A DNA stretch of 64,000 nucleotides from Parasitella parasitica NRRL 2501 (Eukaryota; Fungi; Mucoromycota). This document shows positions 25,472 to 38,625 of the stretch, piece by piece (within the stretch, counting starts at the first letter, position 1; every line of letters starts with the position of its first letter). Under the pieces are notes generated by a model. That model was not told the origin of the DNA. It did no database searches and saw only the letters and a list, made by a program, of their open reading frames with translations. A program made the position numbers and the translations under genes. Where the stretch lies: contig MU619268.1 in the NCBI GenBank assembly GCA_025201805.1, positions 65,472 to 129,471 on the forward strand, read 5' to 3'.

Positions 25472-27552
25472 ATGAGTGATATCAGACAATTGTTTAAGCT
25501 TGACCAAGACGATGATCAAATTGCAAGTGAATGTAAATTACATGGCTATAGACATTCATTTCATCGTAAAACTAACATTCAAGCCCGACAGTGTCTTCCC
25601 TGTGTACAATTTACTCGCTCACACCTGAAATCTTGAGAAATAAATGGGAGGCATTTGCTTTGAACTCCAAATGCCCTCTGAAGCCGTCTCTTCCATATGT
25701 AAAGCATCTGAAAAGCGCCCTCAAGAGAGATTTCGATAGAAGCATTAAAGCAAGAAAGACAATGAAGGGGAAGGTTGTTACTAGGCGATCAAACACGATG
25801 GATTTATCGGAATATGGCATTGCAAGCAATAGTCAAGACGACTCTGTAGAAAACTTGTAAGTCCTTATTGATAACAATATAAGAAGCCTTCAATTCACAT
25901 GGAAACTAGCATGTCCAGCATGTTCAGCACCTCAAGTGCAAAGCCGAACAAAGTGGTGCCGATGACACAATCTGCCTCATTGAATGACACACAATTGTAA
26001 GTGTTTAGCCATATGAAAAAAAAAAAAATTTATTATTTTGCGGCTGATGGCAGACATATATAGATCCCAGGTTTCGAGCCAATTTCTGACGAGAAAAGCA
26101 TCGCACGTTCTCGATGGACAGTATAATCCACATCTGTATCTTCGTGGAGAATACACAGAGGACAAGGCCATCCTTTTCAACCATCTGCAAGATCCAATCA
26201 AACCTTATCGATTCATGTTTGAAAAGACCAAAGAGAAGGCAGACATGATGGATGAGCGAATTGACTTTATCGGTAGTTTGATTGCTCAAGAGCATCAAAT
26301 TGAAGCATTTGCCAATCCTGCTCGCGCCAATCAAGAGCCTATTTATGCATATGGTCGTATTTGCTCAGATGCTTCGGAAGGTCGATTAAATGATCAATCT
26401 GTGTTGCTTCAATTATCAAGAGACGTAGGTATGGGCAAACGTGTTCGACTAAATTTAGACAAAGTCAAGGATTACACATTATTCCCTGGTCAGGTTGTGG
26501 GTGTTTTTGGAACGAATATTCATGGCGATGTATTCCATGTTGAACAGTTTCTCTTGGTACGGATTGATGATCTGATTTTGATAGCTTGTTTGTGCTAAAG
26601 TTGTTGTTGTTTTTTTTTTTTTTTTAAAAAAAAAATAGCCTCCCGTACCGAAAAGAATCGAATCTGAAATTGCAACTGATCGAAAGCCTGTAGAGATGAT
26701 TGTAGCCAGCGGGCCTTACACATTAGACGACGATTTCTCATACCAACCATTAGAGGATTTATTAAACAAATGCGCACAAGATCAGCCCAATGTGATTTTA
26801 TTGATGGGGCCTTTTGTTTCGGCAAACCACCCAAAAGTCATTAGCGGTAAAATCGAATCTCTTCCCGAGGAAATCTTCCATAAACAAATTGTCAGAAAAT
26901 TAGAACAGTTTTTGGAGAAGAGTCAACATTCCCATGTATTGCTACTGCCTCATGCTGACGATATGATGCAATCATTTCCATTATATCCTCAGCCGCCGAT
27001 GGAAAATACGACTAAACATGCTCGTATACATCAATTAAGCAATCCCTCCCAAATCAGCATCAATGGACACAACATTTCCGCCAGTAACATTGATATTTTG
27101 TTCAAGTTGGCTACAGAAGAAATCTCAAAGTATGTGTGTTTGAAAATCAAAGCAAATTCATAATTAATAGGATGTGCTATTAGATCAGCAGAGCATACAG
27201 ACCGCTTCTCTAAATTAATTCGTCACTTATTACAGCAACATACATATTATCCCATGTTTCCACACGCATTAGGCGATAGTATAGATGCAAATCAGCTTGT
27301 CAACATTCAGGTATCATGGCTACCTGATATCTTGATTTTGCCATCACAATTCAAACATTTTGTCAAGGTAAGAACACTGCAGATCTTTTAGAATTGCCCT
27401 AATGACTTGAGTTGTAGAACGTCGATGATGCTGTTTGCATTAATCCCGGCCATTTATGCAAAAGCTTAGCTGCAGGAAGTTATTCTCGTATCGTGCTTCA
27501 TCCTTCCACCAATGCGGATGAACAAGTGCGTGTAGATTTATTCAAATTATAA
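25472..27552 (+). CDS. POL12: DNA polymerase alpha subunit B
   Basis: KWEAF, YRFMFEK, YGRICSD, LFPGQVVG..GTN, IVASGPYT.DD, LMGPFV...HP, PLYPQPP, PDILILPS, CINPGHL; six introns. Confidence 0.94.
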
Positions 27553-27586
27553 TGATAATAATATTAAAAAAACAAAAAAAAAAAAA

Positions 27587-28245
27587 CTAATATGCACTGA
27601 TCGCCGAGTTTTCTGTCATTGTTAAATGTACAACCATATCACCAACAGGTTGAATATTAATATGTTGCAGTGCATCTTGAATCTCATCCATAGTTTGGTA
27701 CAGCCAATCGACCTCATCATCAGTCATCCCACCATTAGGTTTCGCATTGACTAATATATCAACACTGTTGTTGCTATTGGTATCGATAGTCAAAGTAGAC
27801 TGTTGCTGACATTTTGGTTTAATTTGTTCTAGCAAGTGTCTGTATTTAGTTTGGCGTTCTTGAACATCTGTATCTTGCAAAAGATCTGTTTGTGAGCTTG
27901 ATATATCAATCAAGTTTCTACGAAAAATTTAAGAATATGAAAACTGCCTGCTCTGTAATGTTGATATTTACTGTGTTGTTCGATCAATAATGTTATTCCA
28001 AAATTCTTGTTCTTTTTGTACATCAATCGTTTCATAGGACTGATAGTTCATACGACTAATCCTGTGTGTTAATAGCTTTATTTTCAGAGAGGTAAAGGTT
28101 TATGCTTACTTTTCTCCAACGATATCATCGTTTAATAAAGGTGCATTCACATCATCCTAAAGTATGATATTGATAAAAACTCCCGGGAAAATGACAATTT
28201 AATACCTACTTCATCACGGTCTTCTTTACTTCCACAACACCCCAT
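27587..28245 (-). CDS. LAMTOR1/Ego1/Meh1-like lipid-anchored Ragulator/EGO scaffold
   Basis: Spliced N-terminus MGCCGSKEDRDE|DDVNAPLL (myristoylation Gly2, Cys3/Cys4, acidic dileucine), IIDRTTQNLIDIS, C-terminal IQPVGDMVV; three introns. Confidence 0.8.
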
Positions 28246-28535
28246 TGATTTGCGTTTATTATCTTGTAAGTAAAAATCAAAGGTTAGAGTTTGTATTTCC
28301 AGCAGAAAAACTTTTTAAATTTTATAGTGAACGTTCATAAATGTGAGTGGAAAAAAGTCGAATGTGGGTGCTGTATTTCCTAAAATGACGTTGCGAGCTT
28401 TGAATTCTGGGCCTGGTACCCAATAAAATCTCTCATCAGACTTGGTGTTATTGTTTGTTCAAGGCTTTCTCAAGTTGGGAATTTNNNNNNNNNNAAAAAA
28501 AAAAAAAAAAAAAACTGTTGTTTTTTGGATAATAC

Positions 28536-29420
28536 TTGGAATATTACGCAGAAGCTGTACCGGGTAGTCATAAATTTCTGATGTCTGAAATCGTTGATCC
28601 TTCTCATAAGCTAGTAAAAATCTCAAGTACGCTATTGCGTTTCCCTTGTAGACAAGCCTCTGAAACCGTTTATGATGGAGAAATTTCATCTGCTGCATTA
28701 TTGAAATTTACATTTACCTCTTTCAACATCGATGAACAGTGAAATACATTATTGAAAAAGTAAAGCCGTTCATCTCGTAGCTATCGCAGAAAACATGACA
28801 TTTCTCGTATCTGAAAAGAAGTGGATGTTAAATAAGTCTGCCGAGGCATAAACCTCTTCAAATGCCAAAGCATCGGCATTTTCAAATGCTGAGCAGCCGA
28901 TTCGTCCTATTTTCGTTATACCAAGTTCTTAGGCTCAGTGGTAGTGCAGAGATATCTGTGGATGCTGCAGCATTGCTCTTTTCCAATCTGGGAGATTGCT
29001 TCAGATGCCCAAAATGGCAATTTTTTTGCTGCAAATGTCCGTAACAACAAGATTAACAGCATTTCTAGCCAACAGAACTAGCATTAACGCTTCCATTTCT
29101 GCCGCTATTTCTGCGGCCCCTGTTCCAATCCAGGTACCTGGTATTACTTCTGCCCTGCCTGCTTCAGCACCTCTCGCTTCAATGCTTATTCTTCCGTCAC
29201 ATCTTGCTCTTCAACGCCCAACTTCCAAAACAAAAGGTAAAGAGAAGGCTAGCCCAAGGAAACTTAGATATCATACTCTCAAGAATTTTGAAAAATTGGT
29301 GTATAAAGGAAAGGTTAACGACCAGAAAGCTAGCACATAACCCATAGACGCTATATGCTAAATCTTGATATTTGGAAGTCTACTTTGTAGACCAAAAGGT
29401 ATCGAAATTAAGGTATTGAA
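28536..29420 (+). pseudogene. Decayed ORF remnants of unknown origin
   Basis: Long near-open frames broken by scattered stops; no recognisable domain. Confidence 0.25.
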
Positions 29421-29912
29421 GCATTCTTGGAGAGGGCAATTTTTCGCGAATCTGACCACTTTTCAAGTAGCCTCTCTAATACTCATAATTAACCAAAGTG
29501 GGGTCTTGCCAACAGTACTTTTTTGTTGTCATGGCAACTAAAACAAAATAAAAACAAACCCAATTTTAATGCAAACAAAATCAATTGAAAATGCTGCAAT
29601 GACGAACTATATAGCAATACAATATATCACAATCCAAGTTATTAGTAATATACACTCTTTTTTTGCAATTTCTAGATAGATCACTAAAAATTTCGACATG
29701 TTACCAAAAATCCTGATATCCTTGGAAATTGTGAATTATGTATATTTGTATTATAAAATGTCCTTTGAGCGGCATATATTTCCTCCTTTTTTTTTTCTTC
29801 TTTGTCTTCTTCTTCTCTTCTTTCCCCCTCTCTTTTTTTTTTGCATCAACACTTCATCCCTATAAATAAGTTTCATTATTAGTTTCATCTTTTATCTGTA
29901 TTGATTTCCAGA

Positions 29913-31067
29913 ATGGTATTAACCCGATATCAGCAAGCGAATTTGAAGCCAACAAATGAAAAAGAGAACAGCCAAAAGAGAAGAATTACAGCTACTACGC
30001 AAACAAACGAAGACAACGAAGCTGTATTAGTTAAAGACCCACCGCTGCTTACCATATCTCGTTCAAGAGACACTTTTGAGGACGATACTCTGGAATTAGA
30101 CACTGCATTCAAAGTCGATGTTTTATTAGAACAACTAGATGAGTAAGTTGGTTATGATTATACGACAACCGCAGCTTCGTTAATCCATCGTTGAGTGTAG
30201 TTTCGAATGTTCAACTTTAGACGCTTTAATGGCTCGTTGGCCTTCAGTACATGCTAGATTAAAAGGAATGAAACCGCACCTACCACCGAAAAAAGACGAT
30301 CATAAGCCTACATTAGGTATGTTACATTTTTCCACAAATGTTTTCAGAAAAACTCAAAAAACAAGCACAGTGCTTGATTTAGACGAAACATTGCTTCATA
30401 CCTACCGTGATACAATAAACAATGGCGAAGTGGATTATGTCATATACGCAAAAGACGGATATAGCTGTTTGCTAGCAGGTAGGCTTCGGCCTGGTGTGAT
30501 GGATTTCTTGACTTGGGCTGCAAGTTCATTTGAAGTAATTGTTTGGACTGCAGGAAGAGAAGATTATGCTAGGATGGCCCGCAATTGTCTTGACCCTGAA
30601 AACAAGTTGATAACGTAAGGACGAAAGAGGCTCTTGGCCAACAACTGTTTTTTTTTTTCTTTTTTTTAAAACAGCTTTTTTTTTTGTGTAGACACATGTT
30701 GACTCGAAACTCTTGTATAAGGATGAGGTCTGCTTCGACCAGAGAAGTGTTGTATATTAAAGATCTTTGTGCACTTGGACGTGACTTGAGCAAGACCTTC
30801 CTTGTCGATAATACCCCGCATGCAGCGTCTCTCAATCTCAGTAATTTGATACCTATCGAAGCATATGTTGGTGGTAAATCAGACACAGAATTGATGGAAT
30901 TAAGGCGATTTTTAGAGTCAAATCTAGTGCGACTAACGGATAGAAAAGATGACATGAGAATTATACTATACAGACAATTCAACTTGAAGAGACGGATCCG
31001 TGAAAGGGTTGGTAATTGGAAACAGCAGCAGCTAAAGCAACAGTTAAGACAGCAACAGCAAAATTAA
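29913..31067 (+). CDS. NIF/SCP-family HAD phosphatase (CTD small phosphatase-like)
   Basis: TL|VLDLDETLLH, LRPGVMDFL, FEVIVWTAG..DYA, YIKDL..LGRDL..T.LVDN; introns 30143-30200, 30317-30370, ~30615-30691. Confidence 0.9.
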
Positions 31068-32137
31068 TTTCCTCCTTGTATATCCATCTCCCTTTCATTA
31101 TCAGTTGTATATACCTTTCTTCCTCTGCTATATGTATAACTCCAATCATCATTTCTGACTATAAACAATAACTAAGGGGCTCTAGGAGGAATTCATTGCT
31201 TGAATTGATATTTTAATTAACATTTATAAATAAAACTAAAGGTGCATGCACAATATACGTAAAGTGTATGTGCACACAACAGCAGCACTTCCCTTGCATG
31301 GCATTGATTGCTAAATCCGATTTGTACCTTTCCAGTCAATTAAATTGTTTGTGTATCGGACAGAATGAAACATATTGTGTACAACAGATATGCAAATTCG
31401 ATAGAATAACAATAGCCATGAGGACGAGAGTAGTACACAATCCAAGCCCACGGTGGGGGGTAATCATCATTGCCACAGCACATGACTTGCGTAGAAAGAT
31501 ACTCCATGTATAACCCACTTTGATCAGACAAGACGCGACTTTTTCAAAGAATTTTCAGGTGTGTTTTCCGATTCTAACCTTTTCGTATACCAATTTTGCC
31601 CCGTGTTTGCATTTTGGGAACAGACACAACTAAATGATCAATCTTTTGATTATTGGACAGCACATACTCGTAATGCGTTGTAGCAATGCGCACTACAACA
31701 ATTGAAGCATGTCACTCTGATCCTCCATATTATTCTAGCAAAGTAATCAGGGGCGTAAAATTAGCTATTTTTAATATATTCGAAATTGGGTATTGGAAAA
31801 TGGCATTCTCAGATAAGCTACTGCTTCAATGAGATATCAGCTAATCTTATTATGGCGAATATCACATACATGGTACCATTGATTTTCATGAAATTGTTGG
31901 CTTCTATTACACCAAGGGTTGAAAAAAAAAAAAAAAAAAAAATCCCTCGACATTCCTCTTTTTCTCCACGTATGTACAATAACATACAGCGTGCACAATA
32001 TCCCTCGAATACTACTAACATTAACGCCAAGTATAGAATTACCAGCATTGCTTCAAACTACTACAGATAATCTTATATAAAAAGGATAAAAAAAAAAAAA
32101 AACTCCCCATTTGAAATACGCTGTTTTACTTGATATT

Positions 32138-33552
32138 TTAAGCATACTCTAATGCTAACACAAAATCACTTCCCCATGGGATGTGGAAATTTGTAACACT
32201 TTTTTCAAAGCAAGAAAAGGGCAAGCCAGCATCGGCCAAGAACAACTCACCAGTGATGATGCGAGAGGTACAGCCGGTATACGGAGCGCCAAGACACAAA
32301 GTCCACTTGGGATGGATAAATGTATCACTAGCATTGCCGTCGTTAGGATTGACACCACTAGGGAATTCAATGCTCAAGACGGGTGCCTTGTTATTGTTGG
32401 CCCAATTCATTTGTGCCTTGATAGCAGGAGTAATTTTCAACATATCAGAGCCCAGCAATGCATCAACGATGATATCGACTGGTGTTATGTATTGATCGGG
32501 AAGCTCTATGACGACACAGTTTTAGTAATTTGTTAAACCCGCCTTAAAATGATGTCTACACAACACATACCGTCGAGAGAGTAGACAATACGAGCACCAG
32601 AGAACTTTGCCAATTTCTTGTACTGCTCGACAGTTGTGCCGCAATAAGAGTCTTCAGACATACTAATAATGACCTGACAGCCCCGATTGGCTAAATGACG
32701 AGCAGCAGCGATACCAGATTCGCCAATGGCTGTGGGACCAGCTAAAATGACAACAACAGGAGCAGCATTATGGTTGTCAGGCTGGATACGACGATCACCA
32801 CCAATGGCCTTTAAGACCATAGTGCTGATGCCAAACGCGCCATTTTCAACCAATTGAGTCTGTGTCAAACCCGTTTCTCGTCCGATTATCTTGGCCATTT
32901 CCATTTGGTTAGCGTTGATGCTTGGAATTTCAATACCACCAGAGACTGTTAGAATACGGGTGCGTGTGTTTTCAGCATTGTTATTTTCAGCGGGTTTAAT
33001 TTCTTGTTGCTGCTGATTTGCAGAACCATTTCTTCTTACTCTAGGGGGAATAAGAACAGTCGGGATGCCAGACGAAGTAGAAGATGGCGAGGCTTTTCCT
33101 TGCTGCTTTGACAGAATTTCAATATGAGGCGAGCGATTTTTGGCCGCAACTTTGCTGTTGTTCAGCGCCAAAAATTCCAGCTTGTTGCTGATTTGTTGCT
33201 CTTGCTGTTTGGGAGCATCGGTTTGAGCAGGCTTGGTTGCTCTTTTTTTGATGTTGGGAGTTGAAGAGTTGCTGCTGCTGTTGTCTGTGGACGCTGCGGC
33301 TGCTTTTTTCTCGTAAGGCTTCTTTACAATGCCCTTGCCGCCTTTTTCAAAGTCTGCATAATCCTCAAATATGACAATCTCCTTGACAGGTTTGACAGTC
33401 TTTTTGCCGCCAAAGAGAAGTTTTTTGGGCTTGGGACTTGCTGCAGGCGCAGCTGTGACACTGACGATTGCAGGGTCCTGGAAAGGCACTCGCGAGGATG
33501 GGATATCTTTTTTGTGCTTTTGCTTTAGAGTTTGTTTCTGTGGCTGCTGCTC

Positions 33553-33591
<39 letters not shown>

Positions 33592-34197
33592 TTGTTGCTG
33601 TTGATGCTGAGGTTGTTGATGCTGAGGTTGTTGTTGTTGCTGAGGTTGTTGTTGTTGCTGAGGTTGTTGTTGTTGCTGAGGTTGCTGCTGCTGTTGAGGC
33701 TGTTTGAACAGAGAGGAAGGATCAAGTGATCTTAATCCAGGCTGTGCTTGTGTTTGCTGCTGCTGCTGCTGCTGCTGTTGTTGTTGTTGTTGTTGCGTTT
33801 GGAACATTTGTTGGACAAAGTTGTTTGTGACAGGTTGGGGTCTTTGCTGTGGTGATTGACCGACTGTTTCAGTATATACAATAGCAGGGTCCATGATAGT
33901 ATTATTTATAGGCGATTTATCATTTCTATAGATTGGCTCTTGGCTTGATATAATAGCCGGATCCCTGGGATCGTTTTGCTGGAATAATATGGCAGGGTCT
34001 ATAGCCATAGGCCCCACGAGAGGAGAAGGTTGCTGCAATTGCATTTGGCGTTGGTGGAATTGGTGTTGTTGAAACATTTGCTGCTGGAGTTGATAATGCT
34101 GCTGCTGTTGCTGCTGTTGTTGCAACAAGTGCTGTTGGGCCAGCATCTTTTGCTGCTCGTCTTCCAAGTGAGGTTGAGGTTGAGGTTGAGGTTGAGG

Positions 34198-34238
<41 letters not shown>

Positions 34239-34522
34239 TAGAAGCAGAAGGAATGGTCTTATTCATATCGAGTATGTCCAAGTCTTTAATCTTTGCAGTG
34301 TCAATTGACTTTGCCGCAATGGATTTGAATCCGCTTGTATCTGCAATAGTAGCTGATAAAATGATGTCAGTGTCTCTTTACATGCAAAAAAAAACCCCCC
34401 AATCAAAGCTTACCGTTCGTTAACAAGAGGTTGCCGTGCTCATCTTTTCCATTAATGTAACCTGTAACTGTTTCCTTGTTATCAAGCACAATCTTTACAA
34501 AAACGCCAAGATATTTATCCAT
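32138..34522 (-). CDS. EDC3: Edc3-like decapping activator (LSm, low-complexity region, YjeF_N)
   Basis: LSm-like MDKYLGVFVKIVLDN..TVTGYI..IKDLDIL; YjeF_N LVENG....M.LKAIGG.RRI.P.NHN..PVVVILAG, AARHLANRG, VDIIVDALLG, PSGV, GELFLADAG. Confidence 0.85.
33541..33800 (-). repeat. Poly-Gln and PQQQQQ coding repeats in EDC3
   Basis: CAG/CAA runs and tandem CCTCAG(CAA)n units. Confidence 0.9.
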
Positions 34523-34744
34523 TACTAGACAGACTTTTTGCTACGATAGAAAATACGCGTCTTGATAATGTGTATTCTTAAAGAGGGGGTGGGGAGGAAA
34601 CCTGATCAGCCCGCATACCGAAAGTTTTTTGTTTGCCTCATCAATTTTTGAAATCCAACATCTGTGACGTAGAGGAGGTGCGAGAAGGCCATATCCTGAA
34701 TGCTCATCAAATAGCCCATCTCTCTCTTTGTAGTGTGAAGCAGT

Positions 34745-37700
34745 ATGTCGCTGTTTGACGACTTTCTGGAATCGACCGAAGCTGCTGCGGACTCAAGATC
34801 AGCTATCAATTTGAAAAAGGACGAACAGCATCTAGACAATGTCAGTAGGCCGTCGAAAAGCTCCAAAGTATGAAACTTTGCATGTCGCTCAAATATAAAA
34901 TAGTGTGCTAATTCGACATTGCAGAGAGAAACAGGATACGTAGCAACTGGATCTGATAAAGGTGGAGATTCTTTGTTCTCGTTGCAATATGTTCAGTTTC
35001 AGCTACCAGCAACGCTGATCTGCATGGCAGTAGAGAACAACGTATTGGCTGCTGTATTGGACAACTTTCGCATACTAAGAATTGACCTCGATAACCCTCT
35101 GGAAGTTGATGGTAGATTGTTGTTATAGAGGCGAATCTTTTGCTTAAATATCTGATTGTCTGCCATAGTGGTTGAAATACCTAGAAAGCCAAGCTCGGAC
35201 AGAGCGGCGCAATTATTTCTTGATCCTACGGGTAGACATATTATAGTAACAACAGTTGATGGGGAAAATTACTATCTTTTCCAAAAGTGGCGAAGAACAA
35301 AGGAGCTGGCCAAGCTAAAGGTACACGGGGACATGCCGACTAGATTTTTGTTAACAACGAATAATTGATTTTTTTTTATTAGGGGATTACTATCACCTCA
35401 ATCGCCTGGAATAAGCAAGCGACTATATCGAGCACATCTACCCGAGAAATATTAATCGGCACGGGGAATGGCATAGTATACGAAACATGCCTGGAGCCAA
35501 CGGACGAATTTTTCCGCCGAGAAGAGAAATACTTGATTCAGCTGTTCTCTCTACATGAACCCAACATGCCCATCACTGGCTTAAATTTCGAGAGATTTCC
35601 CTCTGATCGTCGTAAATACTTGGTCATGCTATCCACGCCAACCCGTCTCTATCATTTTATCGGATCAGTTAAATACACAAGCACTACGCCCACAGAAAAC
35701 GATTTGCCTGCCGCTGTGGGTGATCGAGCGCTTTTCGAGTTGGTTTTTGCAGAGTATGAGCACAATCCCGAATTCCAAGCATTACCGAGCGACCTGAACA
35801 GCAGTAAAATGCAATTTTTCAATCGATTTCCTGAACTGCAATTGAAAGGCGTGCCGCAGACATTTGCCTGGCTAACAGGCGCTGGGATTTATCACGGCAG
35901 TCTGGATTTCAACGAAAAGAACAACCACGCCATTACAGAGGCTAATCTGCTGCCGTTCCCACCCACAACATATGACGAAGAATCTGGCAAGCTAGTAACT
36001 GATATACCCATGTCTATCGTAATTACAGAGTTTCACTTTATTTTACTGTACGCTGGATATGTTCGCGCAATATGCAGACTGAACGACAAGATTGTGTATG
36101 AAGAAGTCATCCCGCTGAATAAACACGAAGTTGTGCAAGGAATGGCTGTAGACGATATCAAACGGACCTATTGGATCTACACCTCGGAGGCCATGTACGA
36201 GCTAGTGATAAAAGACGAAGAAAGGGATGTCTGGAAATTATACTTGCAAAAGAAGAATTACGAAATAGCATTACAGTACTGTAAGGAGCAATCACAACGC
36301 ACACAGGTCTATACCGCACACGCGCTAGAGGATTTCGACCAACGTCGATATATGCAGAGTGCAGAGTACTTTGCTAAAAGTACAATGTCGTTTGAAGATG
36401 TCGCTTTGAAATTTACAGAAAAGAAGGAGAGGGATGCATTGCGATTCTTTTTGATTAGCAGGTTAGAAAGACTGGGCCCAAATGATCGCACACAAAAGAC
36501 GCTGATTGCGACATGGCTTGTGCAGCTGTATCTATTCAAAATGAATCAACTAAAAGACGTGGCTGCTTCAGTCGACTTTACATCGACAGGAAGCTCAATG
36601 GCTCGCTCATCAGCATTTTATGCAGACCAGCAGCAGAATATAAAGGACGAATTTCGCTCGTTTTTAGAGACATACGGCGTATACCTGCACATCCCGACCA
36701 CTTACAAACTGATATCCAGCCGTGGATTTGGGGCTGAATTGCTGTACTATGCATTTTACATTGGGGACTACAAAAAAGTCATTGAAAACTGGATATCCGA
36801 AAAGAATTGGGAGAAGGCTATTGAAGTTTTAGATGGACAGGCAAGTGGAAACTAGCCTAATGTTTGCATAAAAAGTTTCTAAATCAAGCTGTATCTAGAG
36901 TAAGCATGAGCTATTCTACAAATTCAGCACTATTTTGATGGAAAACTCGCCTGAAAAAGCCGTGGATACGTGGATAAATCATCCAGAGCTTAATCCAAGA
37001 TACCTTATACCTGCCTTATTGCGCTACAAGCACTCTGCCCGAATAGATCGAACATCAGAGGTAGTATAAAAACATGCGTCTTTGAGCATTCGTCAGTTAA
37101 TCAGGCACAACTAGAATCAAGCGATACGATATCTCTCGTATCAAGTATCAACCTTGAACAACACAGACCCAATCATTCATAATTTCTTACTGACATTGTA
37201 TGCTACGCAGCCAACAAACGATGAAACTGCATTATTGACGTTCTTGAAGAATGAGGTAAACAAAAAANNNNNNNNNNNNNNNNNNNNAAAAAAAAAAAAA
37301 AAAAAGTCTTTATTCCACGATTATTGACTCAAAGTATAGGGACGAGAGATGCATTACAAGCTAGATTATGCATTGCGCATCTGCAGCCATAACAATCGAA
37401 CTCAAAGCTGCGTGCATATCTATAGTCAAATGGGATTGTACGAAGAGGCTGTTGACTTGGCACTCCAGGTTAGTAATAGCACTTGGCCCAAACCAGAGGC
37501 TTACTCGTTCCATTGTACAGCATCGAGACTTGGACTTGGCTCGTATCCATGCTGAAAAACCAGAAGATGACGACATTTTACGGAAACGACTGTGGATAAG
37601 TATTGCAAAATATGTCATTCAGAGCAGCAAGGACATAAAAAGGTACGATAAAAGCTTGCGACCTGGAACCTTTTTGAGCTAATTGCAAGTAAATCAGTGC

Positions 37701-38427
37701 GATGCAATTTTTGAAGAAATGCGATTTGTTAAAAATGGAGGACATATTGCCGTTTTTTCCAGATTTCGTGCTTATTGATGACTTTAAGGATGAAATTTGC
37801 TCTGCCCTAGAAGAATACAATATTAACATTGAGGAGTTGAAGGCCGAGATGGACAATGCAACACTAAGTGCAGACTGCATCCGACTTGATATCCGCAAAT
37901 TAAAAAAGAGGTATAACCATAAGGCAATGTCCAAAGCAGTAGTACTGTATGATTTTACTAATGCTTGTTGTATATCAAGATTTGCTATCGTAGAGGAAGA
38001 TCAGATGTGTTGCTTGTGTGAATTTCCTTTGCTGACAAGACAGTTCTACGTGTTTCCCTGTAATCATGAATATCATGCTGATTGTCTACGAAATAGAGTA
38101 ACATACTAGATGTAAATTATCATCAACAAAGCTTTCTTTCCTAACCCTCCTCCAACACAACAGGTAACAAAGTATCTGCCAACACGCCAAATCAGAAGAC
38201 TGGCAGACATTCAGGAACAACTTTCCCGCGAGTTTAAGCTGGCTAGAACTATGCAATCTATAGAAAATGAAAAGGCAATCACTGCCAGGATCGAGGATCT
38301 AAGACACCAGCTGGATACTATTGTTGCACATCAATGCGTCATGTGTGGAGATGTAATGATTGATTCAATTCATGTACCATTTATTGGTGAGGAAGAAGCT
38401 GACGTAGCTGCCAGCTGGGCTATTTAA
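34745..38427 (+). CDS. VPS18: HOPS/CORVET subunit Vps18/Pep3
   Basis: LFLDPTGRHII, FAWLTGAGIYHG, TEFHFILL, DEERDVWKLYL, EDILPFFPDFV.IDDFKDEIC, RING-H2 C..C..LL.RQFYVFPC.H.YH.DC, C.MCG..MI.SI..PFI; one GC-AG intron 36841-36898. Confidence 0.96.
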
Positions 38428-38625
38428 CATCTGTAAAACATAAATATTTGGTAAATGTTGCACTGTAAACTTGCGGCTGATGTAAGATTAGTGGAAATGA
38501 CAAGTTCCCCACTTTTTAAGCTTGAAGAACTAGGGATGCCAAATTGTCCATGCGTATTGGCAAGATCCTTTTTTTTTTTTATGTACAACTTTATCACTAC
38601 TACTACAACTACTGCTACTACTAAA

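Noticed and set aside
33371-33729. Poly-Cys, poly-Leu and poly-Ala ORFs on the + strand (also 60528-61075 and 63234-63431)
   Set aside because: Antisense shadows of polyQ coding repeats
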